The notes under the pieces were generated by a model. The model did no database searches, was not told where the DNA came from, and saw only the letters and a list, made by a program, of their open reading frames with translations. Position numbers and translations under genes: made by a program. A DNA stretch of 64,000 bases, taken from Nitrosopumilaceae archaeon. GTDB taxonomy: Archaea > Thermoproteota > Nitrososphaeria > Nitrososphaerales > Nitrosopumilaceae. The DNA lies in assembly GCA_965208905.1 (NCBI GenBank), contig OZ242365.1, positions 64,001 through 128,000 on the forward strand, read 5' to 3'. Positions 28,954 to 38,956 of the stretch are shown here, piece by piece; position 1 is the stretch's first letter, and the number at the start of each line of letters is the position of its first letter.

Positions 28954-30570
28954 AGGTTTCTCCCGCAAAGTCGGGTGGTGGTTGATGTGTGTTGGATAGC
29001 GTTAAATACGCCATTAAACCGTACTATATGATGACTCTTGTAAAAAATAGCAGGGCGATAACACGTCCATACACAAAAAATTTGGGCATGCGGCATGTGT
29101 TTGAACATGTCAGGAAGGTGGCAGAAGTGGCGTACATTATAGCGAATAATACAGGGAGGAATACCTATGATGTTAACGCATTGATGTATCGTATAATGCG
29201 CGGTCCTGACCCCAAAGTATATTCGTCCATAACGCAGACCGCCATACGGGACGGGGTTGCCACCCATAAAACGTACAATACAAAGACTGCGCAGGGCATG
29301 AAGGTATCTGAGCCCGTGTTTCGCAATCCGGTTGTAAAGTTAACAAATCAAAGTTGGAGGCTGAATCCGATAGCGGGCGGATATATGGCTATTGCAAATG
29401 TTGGCTCATCAAAATACCCACATATGATAGCAATTCCCGTCTCTTCAGATGTGGTACGTAAAATAGGACAAAATGAGTTGGGCGAGTTGTGGATTACGCC
29501 AACTACATACACCATAACATATTACAACAAAGTGCCCGAGGTTGAAAAGCCCCACCCACACGGCAAGTCAGAGATTATAGAGTTGCTTACGGATGTGGGT
29601 TGTGTGGGCGGCACACCAAAGGATGTAATTGGCGTGGATATTAATGAAAAGAACATCACCGTAGGCGACAAGAATACAATGGTACGGTTTGATCTATCAG
29701 ATACGATACAAGCCATTGAGGAGGCAAAGACTGAGGATATAAACAATACGTATACCCGTACACATGATGATGCTGTATATGCGGCACGTACCGGAAGGCG
29801 CATTACACACAAGAAAGAAGAGGAGCGCAGAGAAAAGCAACAAGTCACATATGGCGGCCCCAAACTACACAACAAACTCAAACGCAGATACAGGAAACTC
29901 AAGAGGGCCGGTAAGCTCAAGAGGGCCGCGGAGATAAAGAAGCAGATGAACAGATGCATACTGAGCATACAGCATAACCACACAAAGTCAAGGAAGAATG
30001 CTAAAAAGCGCAGGGTGACCAAAGCCGTGCGCCACCACGAACATGTGCTGAGTGTGATAGCGTTATGTATAGCACAGTGGGCTGCACAATCCGGGTGTTT
30101 GGTGATGTTGGAGGATTTAACTCACATATCGTATAATTGGCAGAAGGGGGGAAAGTTTGGACGCAGTATGCGTCGCAGGCTATACTCTGCCATGATGCGA
30201 AAGGCATCGGATTTAATTTATGAAAAGTCCCGGTTTTTGGGAGTGGAGGCATTACATATGCGTCCACACAACACATCCAAGCTATGTGCTGCATGTAGAA
30301 CCATACTAACTGGAACTTATCATAAAAAAGACTGCACCCACTGCCATATAATTGGCGTAGATCGCGACGTCAATGCAGTGGAGAATATACGGCGAACAAG
30401 TGCCGTATCCCGATACGGTCGTCAGGTTTCGGCCAGTCTGAGCGAAGTCCGTCGTGGTGTGGATGTAATACTCGATCCCACACCACTCATACAGGGTTGC
30501 TGGAGCAACTGGGCTGACAGACTATCCCGCGTGGCGGGGGTGTAATCACCCGACTTTGTGGGAGGAACCT
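28954..30570 (+). mobile_element. TIR-bounded non-autonomous cassette carrying only tnpB
   Basis: 26-bp IR AGGTTTCTCCCGCAAAGTCGGGTGGT (28954-28979) vs reverse complement of 30545-30570 (23/26); no transposase; no TSD seen. Confidence 0.75.
29028..30545 (+). CDS. tnpB: TnpB-family RNA-guided endonuclease
   Basis: RuvC-I GVDINEKN, RuvC-II LEDL, TSKLCAAC..CTHC Zn finger, RuvC-III DRDVNAVENI; TATA-like GTTAAATA at 29001. Confidence 0.85.
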   Translation: MMTLVKNSRAITRPYTKNLGMRHVFEHVRKVAEVAYIIANNTGRNTYDVNALMYRIMRGPDPKVYSSITQTAIRDGVATHKTYNTKTAQGMKVSEPVFRNPVVKLTNQSWRLNPIAGGYMAIANVGSSKYPHMIAIPVSSDVVRKIGQNELGELWITPTTYTITYYNKVPEVEKPHPHGKSEIIELLTDVGCVGGTPKDVIGVDINEKNITVGDKNTMVRFDLSDTIQAIEEAKTEDINNTYTRTHDDAVYAARTGRRITHKKEEERREKQQVTYGGPKLHNKLKRRYRKLKRAGKLKRAAEIKKQMNRCILSIQHNHTKSRKNAKKRRVTKAVRHHEHVLSVIALCIAQWAAQSGCLVMLEDLTHISYNWQKGGKFGRSMRRRLYSAMMRKASDLIYEKSRFLGVEALHMRPHNTSKLCAACRTILTGTYHKKDCTHCHIIGVDRDVNAVENIRRTSAVSRYGRQVSASLSEVRRGVDVILDPTPLIQGCWSNWADRLSRVAGV

Positions 30571-30574
30571 GTTG

Positions 30575-30757
30575 TTACTTTCGTCGTCGTCTCTGCCCAG
30601 GCTTATTCTGCCCAGGATATCTACTTAATAGTATTCTTTTACGATAGTTATTCTTGTTCTGTAGACTGGAGTTTGTGCCGATTCTTTTACGACCATCTAT
30701 CTTTGGTGTCTGACCTCGAACTTTACCTGCCTTTGTAAGCGAACCGTGAGTTGCCAT
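30575..30757 (-). CDS. rps30e: 30S ribosomal protein S30e
   Basis: HGSLTKAGKVRGQTPK. Confidence 0.95.
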   Translation of the reverse strand: MATHGSLTKAGKVRGQTPKIDGRKRIGTNSSLQNKNNYRKRILLSRYPGQNKPGQRRRRK

Positions 30758-30789
30758 TATACATTATAGTTATTTTAGTTGAAATTTAA

Positions 30790-30986
30790 TTGTTGTGCAA
30801 AGAACAACGTTTCACAATTCACATGCCTCCCGGCTGCAGGTCTGTATCGTGGACACCTACGGACCGGCAGATTGATAGGCATATGGCGCGCCATCTGAAT
30901 ATCAAAATCATAGCCAGACAAAAGGATCCAACGACCAACCTCGCCCCGTACGGCATTAGTAATGTGTATCATTGTATATAATTCCC
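30790..30986 (+). mobile_element. Orphan downstream end of the GGGAATTAT-TIR tnpB cassette family
   Basis: TGTGTATCATTGTATATAATTCCC (30963-30986) matches the TIR at 21/24; reading frame ends VYHCI* like the cassette TnpB VYFCI*. Confidence 0.6.
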
Positions 30987-31186
30987 TAAACTGCTGAACC
31001 ATACAACAGGTGTCGTCAAAAACTCGCCGATATTCGCTCCGGGCCAAAATGCATACGCTACCCCCCGCCCCGCGTGGCCCGGGATCCGCATCGCGGCCGG
31101 ACTGTCCAGGTCACGTTAGGCCACGAATTATGAGGCGCTGTCCTCGATACACTATTTTTAAATTGGGACATTACACAGAATACAAC

Positions 31187-31951
31187 ATGGTGGATGGCAT
31201 CAAATTAAGATTGAATCGTATTATGCGAGATGGAAAGATGTTGTGTGTTCCCATGGATCATGGCATATCAAATGGCCCCATACCTGGTCTTGAAAGACCT
31301 GAGGATGTAATACAAAAGTGTAAGGGTCTTACTAGTGTAATTATAAACAAAGGTATACTAAAATCATTATGCCGCCCGCCGGATGTGGGCATACTTGTAC
31401 ACTTTTCTGCCAGCACATCCCTCTCACTTAGCCCCAATCGCAAGATGCTGACCGGCAGTGTAGAGGAGGCCGTTCGCATGGGCGCAGACGGTGTCTCATT
31501 GCACATAAACGTAGGTGGTAAGGAGGAACCAGAGATGCTGTCCCAACTAGGGGAGGTGGCTGATCACTGTCAGATGTGGGGTATGCCACTACTGGCTATG
31601 ATGTATCCTAGAGGTGAAAATATACAAGACCCACATGATCCCGATATAGTGGCCCATGCGGCCCGTATTGGCGCCGAATGCGGTGCCGATATAGTAAAGA
31701 CAGTATATACAGGCGATGTGAAGTCTTTTGCCAAAATAGTACACAGTACACCAGTACCCATAGTAGTGGCAGGTGGTCCACGAGTCGACGGTGATCACGG
31801 TATACTACAGATGACACAAGACATAATGGAGACAGGCGCCAAAGGTGTTACATATGGCAGAAACATATTCTCCCATAGAGACCCACCAGCCATAACCACT
31901 GCATTATCTCGTATAATATTTGGCGGAGAGTCCGCAGGATCGGTGATGTAA
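31187..31951 (+). CDS. aroA': 2-amino-3,7-dideoxy-D-threo-hept-6-ulosonate synthase (class I aldolase)
   Basis: PMDHG, MYPRG, GADIVKT.YTG, GRNIF; first gene of the aro cluster. Confidence 0.88.
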   Translation: MVDGIKLRLNRIMRDGKMLCVPMDHGISNGPIPGLERPEDVIQKCKGLTSVIINKGILKSLCRPPDVGILVHFSASTSLSLSPNRKMLTGSVEEAVRMGADGVSLHINVGGKEEPEMLSQLGEVADHCQMWGMPLLAMMYPRGENIQDPHDPDIVAHAARIGAECGADIVKTVYTGDVKSFAKIVHSTPVPIVVAGGPRVDGDHGILQMTQDIMETGAKGVTYGRNIFSHRDPPAITTALSRIIFGGESAGSVM

Positions 31952-31952
31952 A

Positions 31953-32981
31953 GTGTCTGAGAATAAAAATATTATAGTGGCCCCCACCAAAGTCGACCCG
32001 AAATTTCTTCAAAATATATATGAATTAGGCATTAGGACCATATTTGCCGATACAGTTAACACATTTGATGTTCCATTAAATGTGATACGTCCCAGCGGGG
32101 ATTCTACATATGTCTGGGAAAGTGATAATAATGAGCGAGCAGGCAGGCGCTATCATATACTGTCTAATGCCGACATACAGATTATGCTCAATGACGCATC
32201 TGCTGGGCTAGACTTTGTTATAGCTGATGTGGATGACTGGAAGATAATACCATTAGAGAATACAATTGCCAAACTGCACGATGTGGACTCAAAGATACTG
32301 GTTGTGGCCAAGACGGCCGATGAGGCGCGCAAGATGTTCTCCATACTGGACATTGGTGTGGATGGTGTCATCTTGGAGACAGACTCTATACAGGAGGTCT
32401 CAAATACAGTATCCCTCCAAGACCAGTCATCCTTTGAGATGATACCTGCCCGAGTTACCGCAGTTCGCGAGGTCGGTGATGGTGAAAGGGTCTGTGTTGA
32501 TACGGCATCCATCCTACACATGGGTGAAGGGCTATTGGTGGGCAACCGTTCAAACTTTCTATTCCTAATACATAACGAGTCGGTAGGCTCATCCTTTACA
32601 TCCCCCCGCCCGTTTCGTGTAAATGCTGGTGCCGTCCACTGCTATACACTATCTCCTGATGGTACAACCAGGTATCTATCTGAGATAGAGAGCGGCTCTG
32701 AAGTAGTAGTAGTCACAAAGAGTGGTGCTTCACGTCGCGCCATAACCGGACGCTCAAAGATAGAGCGGCGACCCATGCTGTTTGTTACCGCTACCACATC
32801 TTCAGAGTCTGGAGGAATAATTGCCCAAAACGCTGAGACAATACGATTTGTACGTCCTGATGGTGAGCTGGTGTCGGTGACACACCTAAAGGAAGGAGAT
32901 GAGATAATGGTACATGCTACACCTGCCGCCGGACGTCACTTTGGCATGAAGGTGGCAAGTGAGTATATACTGGAGAAATGA
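31953..32981 (+). CDS. aroB': 3-dehydroquinate synthase II
   Basis: WKIIPLEN, RVCVDT, RPFRVNAG, GRHFG. Confidence 0.92.
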   Translation: MSENKNIIVAPTKVDPKFLQNIYELGIRTIFADTVNTFDVPLNVIRPSGDSTYVWESDNNERAGRRYHILSNADIQIMLNDASAGLDFVIADVDDWKIIPLENTIAKLHDVDSKILVVAKTADEARKMFSILDIGVDGVILETDSIQEVSNTVSLQDQSSFEMIPARVTAVREVGDGERVCVDTASILHMGEGLLVGNRSNFLFLIHNESVGSSFTSPRPFRVNAGAVHCYTLSPDGTTRYLSEIESGSEVVVVTKSGASRRAITGRSKIERRPMLFVTATTSSESGGIIAQNAETIRFVRPDGELVSVTHLKEGDEIMVHATPAAGRHFGMKVASEYILEK

Positions 32982-33643
32982 AGTATACCACATGCGTCTC
33001 CATAGCTAACCAGTCCCCCGAAGCTATACTGTTGCAGATTGATGAGGTGTTAAAGTCATCCAAATATGTGGAGCTGCGACTGGACTATTTGAAATCTACT
33101 GATGATGTGATGTATCTTCTAAAGAAGGCTACTCCATATATGGGTAATGTAATCTGCACCCTAAGACCCAAGCGTGAAGGAGGTCTGTACGATGGTACAG
33201 AATCCCAGCGAATACAACTACTAAAAACTATATCTGAGTACAAACCTTACCTTTTAGATGTGGAGTATTCTACTATAGCAAAGACCAATCTTGCCGATGA
33301 TCTATTATCTGACATAATGGTGTCTTGGCATGATTTTGAAGGCACCCCAAAATTAAATACGCTTATACATCAAATGAACCAGATGGCCGACTATTCAAAT
33401 GTAGTAAAGATAGCTACATTTGCCAAGAGTACTATGGATGTCGCCAAAGTCTTGGCATTATACGCTCATGCAAAGACACCTTCTCTGGTAGCCTTTGCCA
33501 TGGGTAATACAGGCCGATACAGCCGGCTCTGTGCAATGCATATGGGTAGCCCGTTCATGTATGTTTATGTGGGCAAGGCTGTGGCGCCTAGCCAATACTC
33601 ACTTCAAGATGTACGGAAGATAGAAGAGGAAGGTGTGCTATAA
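32978..33643 (+). CDS. aroD: Type I 3-dehydroquinate dehydratase
   Basis: ELRLDY, R...EGG, SWHDF..TP, FAMG. Confidence 0.9.
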   Translation: MKYTTCVSIANQSPEAILLQIDEVLKSSKYVELRLDYLKSTDDVMYLLKKATPYMGNVICTLRPKREGGLYDGTESQRIQLLKTISEYKPYLLDVEYSTIAKTNLADDLLSDIMVSWHDFEGTPKLNTLIHQMNQMADYSNVVKIATFAKSTMDVAKVLALYAHAKTPSLVAFAMGNTGRYSRLCAMHMGSPFMYVYVGKAVAPSQYSLQDVRKIEEEGVL

Positions 33644-33647
33644 GATA

Positions 33648-34472
33648 ATGACTGTCAAAAACACAAAAGCATTTGCCATAATAGGCGACCCCATCGACCA
33701 TTCTTTGTCGCCGACAATTCACAATGCAGCGTATAGGCGCTTGGGTATGAACTGCATGTATATGGCGTATCGTGTACGGGCCGATGAGTTAGAGGAGGGC
33801 GTAGAGTCACTCAAAGAGGCCAATATACAAGGGTTCAATGTTACAATTCCCCATAAGGTAAGTATAATGAAGTATTTAGATCATTATGATCAAACATGTA
33901 ATATCATAGGCGCAACCAATACTGTACGTATGAAAGATGGCGTATCATACGGGTACAACACAGATATGGACGGATTCTTAAAACCTCTGATAGATAGGAA
34001 GGTTCAACTCAAAGATGCAAACGTATTGCTTTTGGGGGCGGGCGGTTCGGCGCGGGCCGCGGCATTTGGGTTTATCAAACATAAAGTGAACAGCATACGT
34101 GTATGTAATCGTACAATAAGCAAGGCCGAGTTACTCTCTGAATTTTGTCGTGAATACGGGGTGTCATCAGATGCGGGACCCATACCTGATAGCATACATG
34201 CTGAATTTGATATAGTGGTGAATAGTACCTCGCTGGGAATGGGTGGCGGACAACCTACAGATGTAAAAAATATATCGCCAAACACGACAGTATATGATAT
34301 AGTGTATAGGCCTATAACCACGCCCCTACTGAAACAGGCCTCTGAGGCCGGGGCGCAGATCATACCCGGATGGGAGATGCTACTACATCAGGCAGAGTTG
34401 GCATTTGAGATACTCACAGATGCAAAGGCGCCCAGTGATGCCATGCGCCGTAGTCTTTTGGGAGGCTTTTGA
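33648..34472 (+). CDS. aroE: Shikimate dehydrogenase
   Basis: HSLSP, NVTIPHK, NTD, GAGGSA, DIVY. Confidence 0.92.
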   Translation: MTVKNTKAFAIIGDPIDHSLSPTIHNAAYRRLGMNCMYMAYRVRADELEEGVESLKEANIQGFNVTIPHKVSIMKYLDHYDQTCNIIGATNTVRMKDGVSYGYNTDMDGFLKPLIDRKVQLKDANVLLLGAGGSARAAAFGFIKHKVNSIRVCNRTISKAELLSEFCREYGVSSDAGPIPDSIHAEFDIVVNSTSLGMGGGQPTDVKNISPNTTVYDIVYRPITTPLLKQASEAGAQIIPGWEMLLHQAELAFEILTDAKAPSDAMRRSLLGGF

Positions 34473-35320
34473 TGAGGAGTGCCCTGGCTACTACGCATGG
34501 GGCCATATCTTTGGTGAATGCAATAGGTACCGGACATGGTGTTACCATGGGCACATCACTTACCACAACTGTTCGTATGTCGACTGTGCCTGGTAAAGGC
34601 ATTACTATACACACGCGCAACCAGAGCTCAAAGATGATAGCCTTTACCATACAGAACATAGTGCCTTCTCATGAATTGGGGCGCAACAAGATAAACGTCT
34701 GGGTGGACTCACAAGTGCCCGTTGGTTGTGGTCTTAAAAGTTCCAGCGCAGTTTCTACTGCAGTGGCCATGGCATGCTCTAACGTATTTGATCTGGATGT
34801 GCCCGAAAAGAAGTTGTTAGCGGCCGGAATGGATGCATCCATTCGTTCTGGTGTCAGTATAACGGGGGCATACGATGATGTCTGTGGGTGCTACTATGGA
34901 GGAATAAATCTGGCGTACAACTACAAGGCAATCCGATTTCGTCGAGATCGTATATCTTCAGACCTCAAGGTGGTGTTGTTCATACCTAATAATCGTACCC
35001 GCAAGAATCCCAGGAACTTGAAGAAGATGGCACATGTGCTGGATGCTGCATGGCGGCTGGCCAAGGATGGGCGTTATTGGGATGCCATGCTGATGAACGG
35101 TCTGGCCGTCTCGCCTATACTGGGGCCGGATCCCTACATATTGAATATGTTGTTGAATGCTGGAGCTGTTGGCGCGTCATTGTCTGGGAATGGGCCAACT
35201 ATAGCTGCAGTGGTTTATGGTGGTGAGGTACGTGATGTTGAGAAGGTATTTCAGACATTACCGGGGCATACTATAATAACTGCCATAAACAACACAAAGG
35301 CATACTCTCATGAATTGTAG
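34469..35320 (+). CDS. aroK: Archaeal shikimate kinase (GHMP family)
   Basis: P.GCGLKSSSA, TGAYDD, SGNGP. Confidence 0.9.
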   Translation: MMRSALATTHGAISLVNAIGTGHGVTMGTSLTTTVRMSTVPGKGITIHTRNQSSKMIAFTIQNIVPSHELGRNKINVWVDSQVPVGCGLKSSSAVSTAVAMACSNVFDLDVPEKKLLAAGMDASIRSGVSITGAYDDVCGCYYGGINLAYNYKAIRFRRDRISSDLKVVLFIPNNRTRKNPRNLKKMAHVLDAAWRLAKDGRYWDAMLMNGLAVSPILGPDPYILNMLLNAGAVGASLSGNGPTIAAVVYGGEVRDVEKVFQTLPGHTIITAINNTKAYSHEL

Positions 35321-36572
35321 TGTATCAAAGTCCATACTCTCTGGTAGTATTACATGTCCGCCCAACAAGAGCTATACCCATAGGGCAATATTTTTGGCGT
35401 CATTGGCAGGGAGGGATAGCCGTGTTACAAATGTATTAGTATCTGGTGATACGATGGCCACAGTGCAGGCATGCAGGGCAATGGGAGCATCTTTGGATAT
35501 TCAGAATGATGACCTCACAGTTCATGATGCTATATGTCCATCTGGGGATGTATCCATCGATGCGGCAAACTCGGGCACAACAATACGGTTGGCATCTGCC
35601 ATATCTGCTGTATATCCATGTACTGCCAGACTATATGGAGATGAGTCGTTACAGAAGAGGCCCATGCAGCCACTCTTGGACTCGTTGGAGATGGTGGGCG
35701 CTAAATGCTCATCAACAGATGGCTGTGCTCCGTTAAGTGTATCTGGCCCTATGAACGGAGGTGCTGTATCCGTACAGGGTAACTTATCCAGTCAGTTTGT
35801 CTCGGCCCTAATGATGGCTGCTCCTCTGACCAGCCGTGGCTTGGATGTGACTATTCAGGGCGAGATGGTGTCAAAGCCGTATCTGGATATGAGTCTGGCT
35901 ACAATGCGCCACTTTGGTGTTGGTGTTAGAACAATACTGCCGTACAAGCGATATGAGATACAACCTCAAATGTATAGGCCCGCCTCTTTTACCATTCCCA
36001 TGGACTACTCTAGCATGGCATTGTTGCTATCTGCAGCAGTTCTTTGCGGGAATGATCTAGAGATATTGGGCTGCATGGATGACCTTCCACAGGGAGATGA
36101 GGTCTTTATAGATATATTAGACATGTTGGGCGTTGACGTATATACTGGCAATGACTCCACCCGTATATCCAATGATGCTAAATTAAACGGAGGTGTATTT
36201 AATCTGGGCAACTCTCCAGATCTACTACCGCCATTGGCAATTCTTGCATTAAAGACCTCAAAACCGATAACCATAACAGATACGAGCCATGCTCGACTCA
36301 AAGAGACTGATCGTATATCTATAATATCCTCTGAGCTGACTAAACTGGGTGTTAAAGTAAAAGAGAACCCTGATGGCATGGTGTTGTATCCATCTGACTC
36401 ATTACATGGAGCCACATTAAACTCGCATGATGACCACAGATTATTCATGGCTTTCTGTATCGCTGCTATGTATGTGGGCGATTGTACAGTTACTGGTGCC
36501 GAATCTGCAGCAATATCATATCCAAATTTTGTAAATGATCTAAAGAGTATTGGTGCCCGAATAGATATTTGA
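35310..36572 (+). CDS. aroA: EPSP synthase
   Basis: KSYTHR, NSGT, SSQF, KETDR, DHR. Confidence 0.93.
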   Translation: MNCSVSKSILSGSITCPPNKSYTHRAIFLASLAGRDSRVTNVLVSGDTMATVQACRAMGASLDIQNDDLTVHDAICPSGDVSIDAANSGTTIRLASAISAVYPCTARLYGDESLQKRPMQPLLDSLEMVGAKCSSTDGCAPLSVSGPMNGGAVSVQGNLSSQFVSALMMAAPLTSRGLDVTIQGEMVSKPYLDMSLATMRHFGVGVRTILPYKRYEIQPQMYRPASFTIPMDYSSMALLLSAAVLCGNDLEILGCMDDLPQGDEVFIDILDMLGVDVYTGNDSTRISNDAKLNGGVFNLGNSPDLLPPLAILALKTSKPITITDTSHARLKETDRISIISSELTKLGVKVKENPDGMVLYPSDSLHGATLNSHDDHRLFMAFCIAAMYVGDCTVTGAESAAISYPNFVNDLKSIGARIDI

Positions 36573-36574
36573 GG

Positions 36575-36840
36575 TATCAGGGACGTGTTCTGTGGATGGT
36601 TACACAAAAATTCCCGTACTTGTGCATGTCCATAGAACCAGTCAAGATAATTCCCAAAGATGCGAAAGTAAATCCCCTAGGCAGATGAGTATTACGCCAT
36701 ATGTGTGGGAAGTGAGATATGGTGTCAGCTGATGCCCGTGCTAGAAAGAAGGAAGGTATGCGCCTAAAAGGTCATAGACACGTATACTGACAGCCACCAT
36801 AAGACAGTAATCTTTGGACTCATGACCTCCAACGCAACTA
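36575..36840 (+). pseudogene. Degraded IS630-like transposase remnant
   Basis: Fragment VIDTYTDSHHKTVIFGLMT; multiple stops and frameshifts. Confidence 0.3.
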
Positions 36841-37087
36841 AAGGTTCAGTGTGGGAGACTGCGCACGGTTTTTGGAATTAATAATGCACATGATGGGGAA
36901 TCTGCACTCTATACCTAAACGTCGTGTACAACACCACATTCAAAGTGTAACAATGAAGACGATTGCAATCATTAGTTGTCTGTACTTTTACCATGCTGTA
37001 TATTCACATCGAATCCATGCACATACAAATGAGTATGTGCCCCCATGACAAGAAGGACTCAAATAATATAATTATACATGCGTTGTA

Positions 37088-37471
37088 ATGGACGAACCAG
37101 TAGCAGATATACGTAGTCGGCTTACGCCAGAACAGTATGATGTATGTTTTAACAAGGGTACCGAACCACCATTCACTGGCAAATACTACAACCATAAAGA
37201 GTCAGGAATGTACATCTGTGTATGTTGTGGCGCTTCACTCTTTGAATCCACATCAAAGTTTGACTCTGGTACCGGTTGGCCCAGCTTTACAGAGCCGTCA
37301 AGAGACGACTCGGTACAATTCCATCAGGATGCATCATATGGAATGATTCGCACCGAGGTGACGTGTAAAAGGTGTAATGCACATCTAGGACATGTCTTTG
37401 ATGATGGCCCGGGCCCTACACGACTTCGATTCTGCATTAACTCTGCATCTTTGAATTTTAGGGATGATTAG
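37088..37471 (+). CDS. msrB: Peptide methionine sulfoxide reductase B
   Basis: [31 protein letters not shown]. Confidence 0.95.
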   Translation: MDEPVADIRSRLTPEQYDVCFNKGTEPPFTGKYYNHKESGMYICVCCGASLFESTSKFDSGTGWPSFTEPSRDDSVQFHQDASYGMIRTEVTCKRCNAHLGHVFDDGPGPTRLRFCINSASLNFRDD

Positions 37472-38487
37472 AACCACTTATCTAGCGTCTCACTCTTTTT
37501 TGATATCGTCTTCTTCATTCTGTTTAGTGTTTGTAGTGTTCTTGTCTCTGCAAAGCTTCGTTCAGTCATATACTTGAGTATCTCTTCGTACCGAATACTA
37601 CCAAAAGTAATATCTTTTACATCTGCTACATCCGGCTCCAAAAATATGCGACGAATCTCCTGATATGGAATGTCTGCCAAATCATCCTGTATGCGAGGTA
37701 TGTCTTCCAAACCAGCATGCTTTTTGATCATTTTGATGGCGGTCTTTGGGCCTATGCGCGGTATGCCTGATGGATTAAAGTCTGTACCGATCATTATTCC
37801 GACATCCACCAACTGTTCACGACTGATGCCGTGCGATTCTAAAATGCTGGTAAGATGTATGAGTTCCGGTTCAACTGTAATGTAATAATTTTGGTTGGGT
37901 ATCTTGCGTCTTCCGCCACTGGTAAAGTTACGCACCAGTCTCTGAGCTCCAAACAGCACCGAGTCATAGTCTTGGCTAGCCGATGCCCAGGCCTGCCCTG
38001 TAGTAGTTAGGTGGGCTGCCGTGGCTTCCCCCTCGGATGGTGCCTGTATTGTGGGTATGCCGAACAAGTCCAGTAACTCTTTTGACTCTTTGATCATGGA
38101 ATCTTGTATTACCGTGGTCTGCTGAGCATACTTTTTTGCCAACTCCACATCTCCTTCTAGGCGTGCCTGCTCGTATCGTATACTTGCCGTCATCTTTGAT
38201 GCCTTACGCCTCTCAATTTCAGCGGCTTTAAGTGATGGGGGCTTACCATCAAATATCCAGACAGGTTTTATTCCCATGGATAAAAAGTTGGCGTTACGAT
38301 GTAACAGACCGCTAAGGTGGCTGGTAATCTGATCGTTTAGGTCAGAAAGCAACTGACCATCGCTACCCCGAATTGTAGTTAAAAACTGGTAGAGTGAGTT
38401 ATAGGCATCTATGGCAACTATCTTTCCGTTAAATACTTCAAGAGATGTCTTCTCTCGCACAACTATGTCTTTGAGATTTAGACCCAT
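37468..38487 (-). CDS. fen: Flap endonuclease 1
   Basis: IDAYN..YQFL, FDGKPP, EGEA, SQDYD, GTDFN, C-terminal PIP-like TLDKWF. Confidence 0.95.
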   Translation of the reverse strand: MGLNLKDIVVREKTSLEVFNGKIVAIDAYNSLYQFLTTIRGSDGQLLSDLNDQITSHLSGLLHRNANFLSMGIKPVWIFDGKPPSLKAAEIERRKASKMTASIRYEQARLEGDVELAKKYAQQTTVIQDSMIKESKELLDLFGIPTIQAPSEGEATAAHLTTTGQAWASASQDYDSVLFGAQRLVRNFTSGGRRKIPNQNYYITVEPELIHLTSILESHGISREQLVDVGIMIGTDFNPSGIPRIGPKTAIKMIKKHAGLEDIPRIQDDLADIPYQEIRRIFLEPDVADVKDITFGSIRYEEILKYMTERSFAETRTLQTLNRMKKTISKKSETLDKWF

Positions 38488-38672
38488 GAATAATCCTTCA
38501 TCTTCATCTATTTTGAGATTGTGGTGTATGTCTCCTGCAAATATATGGAATTATTGTAGTGTATGTACAACTCGAGAATTATAGAGAAAAAAAAGATTCC
38601 GATGGGCTAAATATGAAGATCAAACTTGCAGGAGGCACTCTACTATATAGGGGATATCGATTGTAATAGTTT

Positions 38673-38755
38673 GTCAGGATAGCCAAGTGGTTACGGCGGC
38701 GGTCTCGAAAACCGCTACGCGCAAGCGTGCAAGGGTTCAAATCCCTTTCCTGGCG
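38673..38755 (+). tRNA. tRNA-Ser(CGA)
   Basis: Acceptor GTCAGGA/TCCTGGC, anticodon arm GCGGT-CTCGAAA-ACCGC, long variable arm, GGTTCAAATCC. Confidence 0.93.
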
Positions 38756-38956
38756 CTACTCATAGAAACTATATAGTTAAGGACAAATCATGTATAACTC
38801 TTAAATACTCTTTTGGTCTATATACTATGAAGAGAAATGCCATATGAAGAAGTTTGTTACCAGAGACTAGAAAGAGAAAATCCGGAGGAATACCGGTCAT
38901 TACGTAACAAAAAATAAAACTCATCTCTTTTTCTGACATGTCTGATGTGTTCTTAA

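Noticed and set aside
31010-31186. N-terminal extension of aroA' or GC-rich structured RNA
   Set aside because: The extension is not aldolase-like and a TATA lies just upstream of ATG 31187; I could not support a specific fold.
38837-38917. 26-aa ORF MPYEEVCYQRLERENPEEYRSLRNKK after tRNA-Ser
   Set aside because: Too short to support without homology or expression data.
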